Shown in pieces: positions 11,911 through 26,348 of a DNA stretch of 64,000 nt. Where the stretch lies: the NCBI GenBank assembly GCA_951406725.2, contig OX597825.1, positions 19,530,001 through 19,594,000 on the forward strand, given 5' to 3'. Within the stretch, counting starts at the first letter, position 1, and each line of letters starts with the position of its first letter. The position numbers and the translations under genes were made by a program. This stretch comes from Octopus vulgaris (Eukaryota). The notes below the pieces were generated by a model. That model made no database searches and was not told the origin of the DNA. It saw nothing but the letters and a program-made list of their open reading frames with translations.

Positions 11911-13042
11911 AAGCAGTTTACCCTTCTGAATTAAGTCATTTATTTGCTTTGAGAAAAGAAATGCTTCGTGGATCAAATTCTAGCAAGAATAGTATCTTCA
12001 TTTTAAGAACCTTTTAACAGCTCAGAGTACGAGGAAACTCACGACCACATAATAATAATAATAAACAATCAAATGCGATGAAATGTAGTTTAGTATCGTG
12101 TCAACATGTATAGTTAAGGCTTCGGTTTACATTTTAGTAAAATACAGTAGAGCAGGACCAAATTATTTGTATTTTTTTTTAGTTCAACCTCATTTAGTTT
12201 TTCAAACATGCGGTGTCGGTGAGATGGTGTTTCCTCATAATCAATTGGAGAGGGTTAAACTAACTGTACTGCTCATCTATGCTTATTGATCTTGACCATT
12301 ATCAAAGCTCAAGTTGGGACAAAGATCAAACACCAGTTGAATTAAAAATTTACATACTCCCTAGAAATTTTAGCTTTACAAAAATAACATGAAATATAAT
12401 CTCCATGAAAACTGCGAAAAAAACTAAAAATTCAAATGGAATCGAGGTGACGAATGATATCAATTTTCACATGTGAGAAAAGTAGAAAATTAAGTATTCT
12501 AAAAGGTGAAGAATATCTCAAATGATCTATTTCTACTTGTTATTTTGTGTGAAAGTTATCAGATTTTGAAAATGTTTACACTTTATATTTTTCTCGAAAT
12601 TGGGCACAACGTGGTGAAACAAGGCTAACGTGGAAAAACATTAATTTTCCCGTATGAGAGAAACTGAAAATTTTAAATTCCAGATGGTAGAGACACTCTT
12701 AAACTAAGGAATATGTTATACCTTTACTCTTAACATAAATTCTCATTACAATTTATACAGAGAGTATAAACAAAAATGAAGTTTTCTAACAACATTTTTC
12801 ATCACTTAGATTGTAACGATCGTATTGCTTCTATGATATTTTTATTCTAATGAATGTTATAGATCTGCATTCATATTATTCACATATTTTAGATTAACGA
12901 TCGTGTTTAGAGAAATGACAAGTAACACCAACAAAAAAACAGGAATGAGTGTAAAATCTGAGTGCAAAATAATAGAAGAATTTAATGTTAAATATTTTAA
13001 ACATTTTACAAAAAAAGGTACGGCCAATGTGAGTGCAATATC

Positions 13043-13115
<73 letters not shown>

Positions 13116-13144
13116 AAATTAATTTATTATATAGTTGCAGTTGT

Positions 13145-13194
13145 TTCATTCAAGAGAAATCTTCAGGAAGCTTCTGAAGATTTCTTTGAATGAA
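13145..13194. repeat. Short palindrome
   Basis: TTCATTCAAGAGAAATCTTCAG / CTGAAGATTTCTTTGAATGAA. Confidence 0.8.
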
Positions 13195-13227
13195 GTACTA
13201 TCATTGTTCGTATTGTTTGTTTGTAAC

Positions 13228-13573
13228 GAATAAAAAGTTTTGAATGGTACAACAATGTACTATAATACAGACAATGGGCTATATACCTGTTGTAATTTAG
13301 TCATCCATAGTCTAATATTTCGGAATAATATTCCTTCTTCGGATATTCTTAGATGGAGTCGCTGCTATAATCGGTTTTCTAACGGCTTTTCTTTAAAAAA
13401 AATATAAAAGAAAAGCCATTGGAAAACCGATTATAGTAGCGACCCCATCTAAGAATATCTGAAGAAGGAATATTATTCCGAAATATCAGACTATGGATGA
13501 CTAAATTACAACAGGTATATAGTCCATTGTTTCTATTATAATGCATTGTTGTACCATTCAAAACTTTTTATTC
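13228..13573. repeat. Fold-back inverted repeat, about 167-bp arms, about 12-nt loop, with hammerhead-like core
   Basis: 13228-13394 is the reverse complement of 13407-13573; CTGAAGA-A-GGAAT-ATT-ATTCC-GAAA at 13459-13483. Confidence 0.9.
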
Positions 13574-13620
13574 TTTATATATATATATATACATACATAT
13601 ATGCGTACAGGACGTCACCA

Positions 13621-13819
13621 ACGGTGCAAATAACATGAAATACTTAAACAACGAGAAAAAATGGAAAACAGGCCAAGTAAACACAGAGAAAGGACTCCTC
13701 ACCAGCAGTCTGCTGTCTATCTACTCCTCATTTTGAGCAAGCCGACAGCTGATGAAGGGTCCTTTCTCTGTTTACATATTTAACTCGTTTATATACGTAT
13801 TTCATGTTATTTGCTCCGT
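13621..13819. repeat. Imperfect fold-back repeat
   Basis: ACGGTGCAAATAACATGAAATAC vs GTATTTCATGTTATTTGCTCCGT; CAGAGAAAGGAC vs GTCCTTTCTCTG. Confidence 0.8.
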
Positions 13820-14082
13820 ATAAATACATATAAGTAAGAAGCAATCCAGTATATGCCTCATGCTTATACACTATAATTCTTCAAATCCACCGCGCAAGCG
13901 CAATTTTTTGCTGATAGCAAAAATATTACCGGCGTTATTTCGAAAATTTTCCAGAAAATAATAATCAATAATTAATAATACCAGGGTAATAAAGATTTTA
14001 GAACTTTTTACTACCAGTAGCCTAGCGTGTAGAAAAATTAGTCAATAGACTATATATTATTCATATAAATACAGTGTACATG

Positions 14083-14322
14083 CTTGGCTCATAAGAGCCG
14101 GTTTCCCGGTTTTGTTGGCGTATAGGTTCCCCACTTGGACAGGACGCCGGTCCGTCTCAAGTGAGTTGCTAGATGCAGAAGAGAGTGAAAGAAAGTTGTG
14201 GCGAAAGAGTCAGCAGAAGTTGGCCATTACCCTCTGCCGGGGCTGCGTAGAGCTTAAGTGTTTCGTTCATAAACACACACACATTGCCTAGTCTGAGATT
14301 CGAACCCGCGATCCATCGACCT
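14083..14322 (-). mobile_element. SINE C, tail type 2
   Basis: B box GGTTCGAATC and body shared with the 22797, 39224 and 59771 copies. Confidence 0.75.
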
Positions 14323-14584
14323 CCACATAATTTCTTTATAAATGCCTTTTCTTTGAGCATAATTGCATTTCATCGTATAGCTCTAATTTATGTTTTCTGT
14401 TATTCATGTTCGAGCATCCTTTATGTTGCGTTTCTTGTCAGCATTCTTCTCACATCCATACCATATGTATACTTACTAACATGAAGTATAGGAATATAAT
14501 ATACAGTGATATCATAACCAGTGTAAAACATACCAGAGCAAAGCATGCTATCTTAAAGATAGCGTATTTACACTTGTGTGTATA

Positions 14585-15097
14585 CCGTAAATCTTCGAGT
14601 ATAGTCCGCCCTTGAGTCTAATACGCACGGGATTTTTAGGGGTCTGTACTTCTGAAGAACCTAAACCTTGTGTATAATACGCACCCCTTCACTAACTTGA
14701 GTTGTGAGTAATTAAGATAGCAGCATCTAGTCGAACAGACATTTCCACGCATACGTAATACAATATGGTGATGTTCTTAACTGGTATAAAGGAATGAAAA
14801 TATATTTGCAAATTGTTTTTGTTACATGTTATTCTGTGTTCTGAATACTTTTATTTTAATAAAGGTTGCTTACTGCAAGTTATAAAAGATGATTCTTTGA
14901 TGACTTCATTGCTTTCAGGCTTAGCTTAGGGTATTTTCGCGCCCGACATCACAAAATGCGTCTGAATAAACATTGCCGGACAGCAAATAGAGACTCAGAC
15001 ATTGCTGAGAAAATATTTTTCATTCTTAATCTCGTATATAGTAAGTACTAGGGATTTTGACCTTTAAATTTTGGGGAAAAAAGTGCGGATTATACGG
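14585..15097. mobile_element. Non-autonomous Tc1/mariner-pogo-type element (MITE)
   Basis: TA|CCGTA...TACGG|TA ends, GTATAGTCCGC / GCGGATTATAC subterminal inverted motif, repeated TAATACGCAC. Confidence 0.7.
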
Positions 15098-15204
15098 TAT
15101 GTGTATGCACGTGCGTGTGTGCATGTGCGTCTACGTGTGCGGGTATGTGTCTGTGCGGGTGAGTGTGTATGCATGTATATATATATATGTGCGTGTGTCT
15201 TTAT

Positions 15205-15410
15205 ATCTGTGTTTGTCAGCACCAGCCTTGAACACATAGCTTAACAACGGGTATTAGTTTGTTTACCTCCCTGTAATGAAGCGGTTCGGCATAGAGCTCG
15301 ATTTAATATACACCAAACCTTAAAAAATAACTTTAGGCGCCGATTTGTTCGACTAAACCCTTCAAGGAAGTGCTACAACATGAGTAGCGGTCCACTGAAT
15401 GAAAGAAATA
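15205..15410 (+). mobile_element. SINE A 3' half, highly diverged
   Basis: GCGGTTCGGCA, GATTTGTTCGACTAAA motifs. Confidence 0.6.
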
Positions 15411-16450
15411 ATATATAAAAGTTAAAACTATTTTTATAAATTACAATGTATGTGTCATGAAGGGTTATCTACTATTTCGTGGGAAGCCTTGTTTTGAAGG
15501 ACATTTAAACATACAAACAGTAAATAGTTATTCGTCGAGGACTACAATGAAACAATGTAATCATTCGAACTAGTAATATTTCGTGTGAGGTTATAATATA
15601 AACTATAAATACTGGTTCAAATCAACCAACAAATGTGAATAGATATTTCAATAAATGTTGCTGATATACATATTTATACACTGTTTTGGCTCTGTGCCTA
15701 TATCAACAGCCTCAAATGCATATTTGGAAGACCTGACATATTGTGTTTTGTAATGACCGCAGCTGATAAACTTGCATGTAGTTTGTTGCTTCCAAGATAA
15801 AACCTACTTTCCCTGACGTGATATCGACATTATTGTTGGAATGACACCAAAAAGAGTGGAAACAAAAACAAATACATTAAAAAAAATCAATAAGTAAAAA
15901 CTGATTTATTTCGACAATATATTCTGATAACAACGCCAAATCTTAGAAAATTGGGCAGAAATGAACAATTATTTATTATTTATCAGATATTAGTCATATC
16001 TAACTGTTTACCACAACCATTTTCCCATTTGTTTTCGTATTCTCAGTTCTTACATCTATCTTTTTCTTTTTTTTTTTATCTCACTTCTCCATTATCCTCC
16101 ACTTCTATATCTCCATCCTACTAACAACACTTTCTGCTTCTTCTTTTTTTTTAATATATACCGTTCTTTTTTTGTTTTTCTTTCTTTTTGCGTTAGTATA
16201 TATAAACCTATATATCTCGCATTTTATTCATCTTTCCTGTATCATCTAATACCTTTGTTTTTGCTTTCTCGGCACTGTTTTCCCCTCCAATGTTTCGGTG
16301 TTGCTTCTTTTTCAGCTGCTGTCTTCCTCTTCGTCTCACTAACTCTCTTTTAGTATCATTTTCTCTCGCAGAGAAACAGAAAGGCCAAGCTCTTTCTGTT
16401 TCTTTCATTGTTTCTCTTTTTGAACGTATCTCAACCTGTCCTATTCTATG

Positions 16451-16507
<57 letters not shown>

Positions 16508-18229
16508 ATTACGCTAGCTTCGCTTGAGGGTTTTATCGCTTAAACGTATTATCCCCTCATCTCCCTTTTTAACTCTTTTTCTTTGGGGATTTTCACGATT
16601 AGTTTTTGTCCTCTCATGCTTCTAACCTACCTGATGTATCTGTTTTACATTCGAAAAGAGATCAATGGAATAGACACTTTAGACACGCACACATATATAT
16701 ATACTTTAATACACACACACATATATATAAATATATTTGTGTATATGATTATGTGTGTGGATGTGTGGGTGTGTATAAATTGAACACTACAGATAGTGAG
16801 ATTATGTGTTGGACAAAGTGAGAAAGTTGTATATATAAATAAAGCAGGAAAGAGATTAAGAACGATTAGGGAAATGTGCAAAAAAAGACCACAAGACCAT
16901 ATTGATTGTTGGAATATTCTATAAAATTTCGAAAGACAAGTAATAAATTATCATTTTTTTTTTCTGACGATTTTGTTCGAAACAAGACTTCAATCCACTG
17001 TAGCGTAAGGGACTACAAAGACGAGAAAAAAAGTGGCCTACAAAAATGTTGCTGGTTGACAGCAAGCTTAAAGGACAGAATAACATAGACTAGTGGATAA
17101 GACCATGACAATGGATTCTACATAAGAGCAGTTCGAGGAATGTTCGAGTCGGTGCTGAACAGTTCCAGGCTTTGGGTAAAAGAAAACACAGGTGGAGCAG
17201 TTAGTTATGATTTTATTCAATATATTCTCCTCTCAGATTCTCACACTTATTGCAGAAGTCGTTCAGTTTTTCAAAACCCTGTCAAAGAACTCGGAATGTT
17301 GGGCCTCCAACCAAGCCTTTAGCGATACCCTTAAATCCAGGAACTTTTCAGCCAATTCTCGTATAAGAATAAAAAAAAACAACCTATGATTGACAGGAAT
17401 CTCAACAGAGAAATTATCCACTAGAGAAGAGAACCAGGTGATACTTTTAGTAGTTTTGACAGAGGGTATTAGGTCTGAAATTTCGACAAAGCAGTGGACG
17501 CAGAAATGGAAATGTTTGTGGAAAAATCGTCTTATTAAGGGAGTCAGTCAAATTAATTGGATTAATCGGATTATCTGAAGCATTATTGTGTGATTAAGAA
17601 AACACGTTTTCACTATGCACGTATCTTGGGCGCGTATCTTGTTCCATTTGCTCAAATTCATGGTTGTCTAGTGTTACGTATGCGTTTTGAGTTATTGTTC
17701 ACAATGTCTTTTATCTGAATGAACTTGAAATAAAATGTGAATGTTCTGCGAAGAGCAATAGTTTGCAAAATAGTCGGACAAAGTGATAAGAGTAGACCAT
17801 TTGCATTCCATACGGAACGTTATTCCAAGTCCAGGACGCAGTGTCGCTGTATGTGGTCAAAGGACAAAACATCAAAAACAACCGTGTGGTGGGAAGTGGT
17901 GGTTGGTATTAGTGGTGGTGGAGATGTGGGGTGGGGTGGGGGCGGGAATGATAGATGTGAGTCTCTATATGAATGATAAGTATTTTTACATGTACGACTA
18001 ACAATAAATATTTGTTATTCGTGTTTGTGGTATGCGTGCGCCTTTGATGCATTTTGGGTGGGTATTATGAATTCCTCAAGAATTTAGTTTACTCAAATTT
18101 CTTGAAAGACATGAGTATATGTTTGTATAAAGGTTGATGCGCGTGAGTGCGTTTAGTTGGTGCACTATATCTGAATCTGGATTGATTTTTATTTTGTTAG
18201 CTGTTAAAATACAAGGTAAGCAGTATATA

Positions 18230-18269
<40 letters not shown>

Positions 18270-18282
18270 TATAATAATGATA

Positions 18283-18331
<49 letters not shown>

Positions 18332-18336
<5 letters not shown>

Positions 18337-18727
18337 CGGTGTGTTTGAGTGGGACGGTGCCACCGGGGGCGTCTCAGCCATAATGGATCGACGCCGGTGG
18401 AGATCCACAGCTACCAATTATGGGGCAGCGCTTGGTTGGCCGGCTCGTACCCGATGGTAGCCCCGGAACAGCTTTTACGCTTCTCGGGATGGCCCACTGA
18501 CATCGCGAGCATCGGCTTGACGGAGGCCAGGGATATCTATTTTCTCATTCGCTGGCTTTCTGCTGAGCTGGTAAGTTAATTTCTGTTATGCCCGCTGTCT
18601 TTCCAGTATTTTTTTTACTCTGATTTGTATGACAATACTAGCACCTCGTGTGCCCTGTTATAATTATAAATTAACTATAAAATTTTGGATTTGGCATTTA
18701 TCGGCTTTTGCTTGCTGGCCACTTATA
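18332..18727 (+). mobile_element. Possible solo LTR
   Basis: About 400-bp CpG-rich block in (TA)n, imperfect terminal inverted TATAGCGG..CCACTTATA, internal GGTAAGT and AT-rich polyA-like region. Confidence 0.4.
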
Positions 18728-18760
18728 TAATTGTTATTACTATTTATTTTACTTATAATA

Positions 18761-18901
18761 ATCCTTTCTACTGTAGGCACAAGGCCTGGGATTTTGGGGA
18801 GTGGGTCAGTCATTAGATCTACCCCAGTATACAACAGGTATTTAATTTATCGACCCTGAAAGATTGAAAAGCAAAGCCGACCTCGGTGGAATTTGAACTC
18901 A
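18761..18901 (-). mobile_element. SINE B 3' part, alternative tail
   Basis: TTTATCGACCC..GGAATTTGAACTC core with GGCACAAGGCC tail as at 58640. Confidence 0.7.
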
Positions 18902-18980
18902 ATATTTTACTACTAATAATAATGAATAATACTAATTTGCTTCTTTTTTATTAAGTTACAGGGATGTATATATATATATA

Positions 18981-19363
18981 TTCTTTTATTTCTTTCAGTC
19001 ATTTGACTGTGGCCAAGATGGAGCACCACATTTAGTCAAACAAATCGCCCCCAGTACCCATTCTTTATAAGCCTAGTACTTATTCTATCAGTCTCTTTGG
19101 CAGAAGCGCTACATTATGGGGATATAAAAACACCAGCATCGGATGTGAAGCAATGGTGGTAGGACAAATACAGACACACAAACATACACACATACACACA
19201 CATATATACACATATATATACAACGGGCTTCTTTCAGTTTCCGTCTACCGAATTAACTCACAAGTCTTTGGTCGGTCCGAGGCTGTAGTAGAAAATAGTT
19301 GCCCAAGGTGCCAGGGATTGAACCCTGAACCATGTGGCTACATACCATACAGCCACTCCTACG

Positions 19364-19365
<2 letters not shown>
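18981..19365 (-). mobile_element. SINE A
   Basis: Reverse-complement match with small deletions. Confidence 0.85.
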
Positions 19366-19411
<46 letters not shown>

Positions 19412-20183
19412 TTTCTATTTCTATATACATATATATATATAAATACACACAACACAAACACACACACACACACATACACACACACACACATATACTATCC
19501 TGGATTCGAGACTAGGAATTTGGTAAGCCTCAAGCAGTGAATGAGAGATACAGAGAAGTAAAGGCGGGCAGCGTACCATAAGATACAACAACTTATTAGT
19601 ATCGAGCGTTACGCATTTATTACTTATATGCATATTACTTATATGCATATATGTGTATGTATGCAAAGATGAGTGTGTGTGTAAATAAACATATATATTT
19701 AAATGTGGAAATGCGTGTGTATGCGTGTATGGACTTTTGTATCTGTATATCTTTTATTTCTTAACTACAACAATTAATGCTCACTCATATTTATCTGCGA
19801 TTTTATATCCCTTAAGCATAATCCACCACAATTTTCTTGCGGTGCATTGCGGCGAAAACATCGATCGAATACTTTAGTCGTACCACTATATTTCCTCCTT
19901 TTGTTTATGATGCATTGTAATAAAGGATTCTATTGCTTCACCAATTTTAGTTTGTAACATAGTTTGTAAGACATTTCAATAAATCATATTTCGTATTGGT
20001 TTTCTAACTTTGTTTACACCTAATTTTCCCATTTTCCTAATGAACAGAAGATTAAATATAGAAATTGCAACAAAAACAGAAAGGGTGTTTGAGAAGTTTC
20101 ACGACATTTAAAGTATGGATAATATTCTGCCAAGTGACAAACCCCAACTGTAATTATAAAGGCTGTTGGAGAATTAATTTCTT

Positions 20184-20267
20184 TGTCTTCTACTATAGCC
20201 CCGGGCCGATCAATGCCTTGTGAGTGGATTTGGTAGACGGAAACTGAAAGAAGCCTGTCGTATATAT

Positions 20268-20301
<34 letters not shown>

Positions 20302-20519
20302 TTGTGTGTCTATGTTTGTCCCCCTAGCATTGCTTGACAACCGATGCTGGTGTGTTTATGTCCCCGTTACTTAGCGGTTTGGCAAAAGAGACCGATAGAA
20401 TAAGTACTGGGCTTACAAAGAATAAGTCCCGGGGTCGATTTGCTCGACTAAAGGCGGTGCTCCAGCATGGCCGCAGTCAAATGACTGAAACAAGTAAAAG
20501 AGTAAAAGAGTAAAGAGTA
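20184..20519 (+). mobile_element. SINE A, 5' truncated, low divergence
   Basis: Close match to 8420-8733. Confidence 0.9.
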
Positions 20520-20574
20520 CTAATAAGCAGCCCCGAATTTTGCTATTTAGAAAATATGTTTGTATTAATATTAC

Positions 20575-20787
20575 TTTAGCTAATGGACACAAGGCCTGCA
20601 ATTTTTAGAGAGGTTCTTAGTTGATTATATCGACCCCAGTGATTATCTGGATCTTATTTCACTGACCCAGAAGCGAAGAAAGCTAGTGTTGCTGACTTTG
20701 GTGAAATTTGAACTCAGAACGTAACGCCGGAAAAATGCCGCTAAGCATTTTGACCGATGTGTTAATGTCCCCACTAGCTCGCTGCCT
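20575..20787 (-). mobile_element. SINE B, diverged
   Basis: AATTTGAACTCAGAACGTAA..GCTAAGCATTT..AGCTCGCTGCC. Confidence 0.7.
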
Positions 20788-20987
20788 GAATGTTTTGAAA
20801 TGTTAGCACAAGGCCAGCAATTTTAGAGCTTGTGGTTTAGTTTATGACTAACCCACATCATATTTTTCACACATCGGTGTTGTCCTGATCTTATTGCATA
20901 TAATTTTGGGAATATTGATCTGCACTCATCGCTCGTATGTCTACGTAATTTTCACTCGTTGGTAATGTCCACTACTTGACGTATTTT

Positions 20988-20988
20988 A

Positions 20989-21037
<49 letters not shown>

Positions 21038-21246
21038 CTGTGTGTGTGTGTGTATATATATATCTATATATATATGTGTATATATATATGTGTATATATA
21101 TATATGTATATATATGTATATATATGTATATATATATATATATGTGTATATATATGTATATATATATATGTATATATATATATGTATATATATATGTATA
21201 TATATATATGCATATATATATATGTATATATATGTATATATATATT

Positions 21247-21279
<33 letters not shown>

Positions 21280-21341
21280 ATACATATATATATATGTGTG
21301 TATATATATATGTATATATATGTATATATATATATACATAC

Positions 21342-21432
<91 letters not shown>
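20988..21432. repeat. Compound (TA)n/(TG)n microsatellite
   Basis: Direct inspection; similar tracts at 22130-22490, 24575-24905, 32500-32840, 34560-35045, 51085-51432. Confidence 0.95.
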
Positions 21433-21435
<3 letters not shown>

Positions 21436-22295
21436 CATAGGGCCTACAAGTCCTTTATAATATACTCGTGATATACCCATGTATTATGTCGCATCTTTTA
21501 GATGAAATAATATAACGCATCATACAGGTTGCTATGTTTAAACACTGAGGAAATTTATTTCGGTATCGATCAATAAATCAAAGGAAATAAAATATCCTTG
21601 GGAGTAAATACAAAGTTCAGAAGCGATTGTTATATACCCCGCTATATACACAAATATAATACGTCTGAAGGATTTGCAACGAGAGTTTGCCTCTTTGAAA
21701 TTCATAGACTTGCGCAAGATATAAACCTAGGATATCAGCGAGGGGTGAATTTAATTTGTGAGAACAAGTTTTAATTGCATATGACATGCAGTGGCGGAAT
21801 AACATCAGGTTCTAAGTTTGATGTCAAAGCTGTTGTAACTATAAAAGATTATGTTGTGACAGAGAAGGATTTATCCAGGCAAAAATATCTCCTGCTTTTC
21901 AGAATCGATAGCTCTGAACTGCTTAAAGAGGTCCATTTTTGCTGGTTTTTCTATATGTATTTCGTTGGTTAATGTTTCAGGATTAGGTTATTAAGTGTAA
22001 ATGTTTTGTCTGTGGTATAAGATATAAACTTGAACTGTTAATCGAATACTGAAGTTCAACAAGAGGATTGTTACCTTCGCATTTTTTCATCCATGTCCCC
22101 CACTCAGCCTATTTCGCATGCGTGCGCGTGAGTGTTTATGTATGTGTGTGTGTGTGTGTGTGTGTGTATACGTACATATCTGTGCGCGCGCACACACACA
22201 CACTCTCTCTCAGAATGTATATAGATTGATATATATATATATATATAGATATAGATTAGATAATTCACATGTATATATATATATATATATGTGTG

Positions 22296-22354
<59 letters not shown>

Positions 22355-22395
22355 GATAAATATACATATATATAGATAGATATAGATATATACAT

Positions 22396-22426
<31 letters not shown>

Positions 22427-22453
22427 CATACATATATATATATATATATATAC

Positions 22454-22484
<31 letters not shown>

Positions 22485-22796
22485 ATGCGGGAGAGAGAAG
22501 AAGAGAGGTGCTTAGATATATATATAGATAGTTAGATGTGTATATCAATAGACAAAACGTCCAGAAGAGGTCGAACATGTGTTTGTAGCTAGGTGCTTAA
22601 TGTTCTAATTGGCAGGCACTGGCCAATCAGAAAAAAAAATTAGGAAGAAGCGGAGCGAGATGCTTCACAACGGAACCGAGAAAGCAAGAACAAGACTCAA
22701 GGCCAGGAACATACCTTCAGCAATAATTATAACAAACAAGTAACAATAGGAAACTAATTAAATTTCGGTAGTTAGCCTAGGAATAAGCAGACTTAT

Positions 22797-23187
22797 TTGC
22801 TACGTTGTTGCTGGCACTCCGTCGGCTACGACGACGAGGGTTCCAGTTGATCCGATCAATGGAACAGCCTGCTCGTGAAATTAACGTGCAAGTGGCTGAG
22901 CACTCCACAGATACGTGTACCCTTAATGTAGTTCTCGAGAGAGATTCAGCGTGACACAGAGCGTGACAAGGCAGGCCCTTTGAAATACAGGTACAACAGA
23001 AACAGGAAGATAGAGTGAGAGAAAGTTGTGGTGACAGAGTACAGCAGGGTTCGCCACCAGCCCCTGCTATAGCCTCGTGGAGCTTTAGGTGCTTTCGCTC
23101 AATAAACAGTTACAATGCCCGGTCTGGGAATCAAAACCGCGATCCGACGACCGCGAGTCCGCTGCCCTAAACATTGGGCCACTGCAC
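22797..23187 (-). mobile_element. SINE C, tail type 1
   Basis: A box TGGCCCAATG, B box GTTTTGATTCC, shared body, distinct roughly 200-bp tail. Confidence 0.8.
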
Positions 23188-23402
23188 CATCACAATATGC
23201 TGTAGTGGCTGCATAAATTACATATTGGAAGAAAAGGGAGACTCTCTGTGTCATTACAAGCTGGGTATTTTCTATTACTGAGCAATATTCTGTTGAGCAC
23301 AAGATGGAAGGAATCGCGATCTCGAAGTTCAAGATATTCTTGAGTTCTGCAGTGTATAAGTGGCACAATGCTTATTAATTCTGTTTTTAAGTTTTGTACT
23401 AA

Positions 23403-23502
23403 AGTTATCGATCGTTTTGCCGAAATGTTAAGTTATGGGAGAAGTAAAGGAACCAACACTTGTTGTCATGGGGCAGAGGGATAAATACAGACACAAACAC
23501 AG

Positions 23503-23584
<82 letters not shown>

Positions 23585-23628
23585 GTACGTGTGTGTGTGT
23601 GTGTGTTTGTGTGTTTGTGTAAATACGT

Positions 23629-23663
<35 letters not shown>

Positions 23664-23850
23664 CACGCACACATATATATATATATATGTATATTTATAT
23701 ACAGAGAGAGAGAGAGGCTTCCTCACTGTTTCCATATGCCAAATTCACTCACAAGGCACTAAGGCTTATAGTTAAAGACACTCACTCAAAGTGCTGCGCA
23801 ATGAGACTGAAATCAAACTACTTAATTTCTAAGCGAGCTCTTTAACCACA
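23403..23850 (-). mobile_element. SINE A, old copy with expanded microsatellite
   Basis: TTTTGCCGAA, CCAAATTCACTCACAAGGC motifs in family order. Confidence 0.6.
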
Positions 23851-24575
23851 GAAGCATGTATATATGTACATACGTGTGCTAACATAATATATATGCGTGT
23901 GCATGCATGCGGAAAACACATGAGCAGGGGTGAACATATAACTATTAATGTGCAATTACTCGCTATGCGATCACACGATATATGCAAATATGCCAGTTTA
24001 TTTGTCTCTGCTTCTGTATCTCCTTTCCCTGTAAACATCACAAAGTTCTTACAATATTTCTAATTATAAACCCATCCATACAAAGTTTAACCGGGATGCC
24101 ATATTATTGTTAGAACTTCCTGGGAATATAATGTCTTCTGAACCGTTTTCATAAATGGTAATTGAAATTAGCGATATTGTCAAATACGGCTACTTAGTCA
24201 GACTCATGTCTTTAACTTAGTTAAACGAGAGGTACATGATACAAGAAAAGCTCACTTAGTGTAGAGTGCTTTGATCTTTATAGCTATCTAAGTGGAGTAA
24301 TGTAGTCTCTTTGAAAAGGATACCGAGCAAGGGAAAATATTATTATGCACGAGAAGAAACCCTTTAATGGGTATTTCTATTTTTGTGATGTTGTAAATAT
24401 GCTACGTCAATAATTCGGTGTTAATTCCTGTGCAATGTACAAAAGAAACGATGGAAAATTAAGATTCGATTTAGAAGACATTGATAACTTATAACGAAGT
24501 GAATTCAAAGACATTGTCTTCCCGGTGAATGGAGTGAATTCCAGCAGAGAAATAATTAAACTAATTAGTTCGTGC

Positions 24576-24630
<55 letters not shown>

Positions 24631-24676
24631 CATACATATATTTATATGCATAACCATATATATATATATATATGTA

Positions 24677-24723
<47 letters not shown>

Positions 24724-24776
24724 TATATAATATATATATATGTATGTATGTATGCATGTATACACATATGCAGTCG

Positions 24777-24846
<70 letters not shown>

Positions 24847-24856
24847 GTATGTATGC

Positions 24857-24910
<54 letters not shown>

Positions 24911-25399
24911 ATGTGACTGCATGTATGTATGTGGGCTTGTGTGTGTCTCTAGCTTGTGGTGTACATATCGTTAAATATCTATCGTCTCATTCTATTTCGA
25001 ACTTTGTATACGCACATATACGTTTGTGTGTTTGCGTGCGTGTTTGTGTGTGCCTGAAAATGTGTATAAGAATACCAATCTGCGGATCTGTTTATAATGT
25101 CTCTGTATTTATATATATAAATGGTTTTACATATGCATGTATGTATAGTATATTTTCCAATTTTGATTTATAATTGGCACATCATTTCAGAGCTTTTAAT
25201 GGAGAGATTCAGGTTCACTTCTGTTTTCGATTTTCGCGGTTCAATCCTAGCTTTCCTCATCTTCATCTTTCGTCCGGTTCCCCAGAAAGAGGTGGCCTGC
25301 TACATTCGATGCTCTAGCAGTCAATAATCGCCACTGATTCCTATACTCCAATCACACTGAAAACAATTCGTTGTTTCCATATTATATTATCAGACCAGG

Positions 25400-25720
25400 A
25401 TTTCATTTAATTTTTACTCCTTTGTCCTCAATTGTGCCTTAGATAATAGTAAGGAACAGGGAGTCATGTACAGTTACTTATTCTTAACATGCAAAGTTAC
25501 TTCGTTCCAATACAGCAATGAATGACAATTGACAAACAGCATATTCAGCAACTTATTATTTGATATATATATTTCTCATTTTCTATATCTATAAGAATGA
25601 TACTACTCTTCTAAAACACTTATTCTCCATGCTTGTATTATACGGTCAGTGATGGCTGGGAATGTCAGATCTCACATCCATAGACAAAATAGCGAAATCA
25701 CCCCACGTATAAATCATATC
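25400..25720 (-). mobile_element. Highly decayed RTE LINE remnant
   Basis: Minus translations FVYGCEI*, ENKCFRR, HDSLFLTII*GTIED in the order of the RTE C-terminus. Confidence 0.6.
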
Positions 25721-26156
25721 ATGGTTACAACTTGGTTGAGTCGACCTGAAAAGGCAACTATAATTCCTTGTGAGGGGACAGCTCATAAATGGGTAACACA
25801 AGCGGATAAGATAATTATTCAAGTGTGTGCCTTTATGAGGACAACTGATTGTTAAACTGTTTCTAAAAGACGGAATATTCATTTTAGAATGAGATTAGAA
25901 TGAGCTTTCACTTAGGTTTGCGGCATATTTTAACATTAACATTTATGCAATACTGGTATTACTTATAGTTTCTATTCTTATAATCAACGTGCTGTGGACA
26001 TATAATCACAGGCATGACTTTGTTTAAAAACTTCCCTTCCTAAAGGCGGATTAGTCGTCGAGTTGTTGGCTTCTAGTATTTGGCCGGGTCTATCAATAAC
26101 TTGAGAGTGAAACTCTATGGAAACCTGTCTATATATATACATATACATACATACAT

Positions 26157-26230
<74 letters not shown>

Positions 26231-26348
26231 TAATAATATGACAACAAAAGAATGAATGAGACCTCAATATTATATAACATAGAGGAATTTATCTATAAAC
26301 ATATGTGACAAAAATTATGTGTGTGTGTGTGTACACATATACAAAAAT

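Noticed and set aside
20972-21480. Long YIYI/VCVC/THTH ORFs here and throughout
   Set aside because: Translations of dinucleotide microsatellites that lack stop codons.
25649-25855. 68-aa plus-strand ORF
   Set aside because: Overlaps an RTE remnant on the opposite strand.
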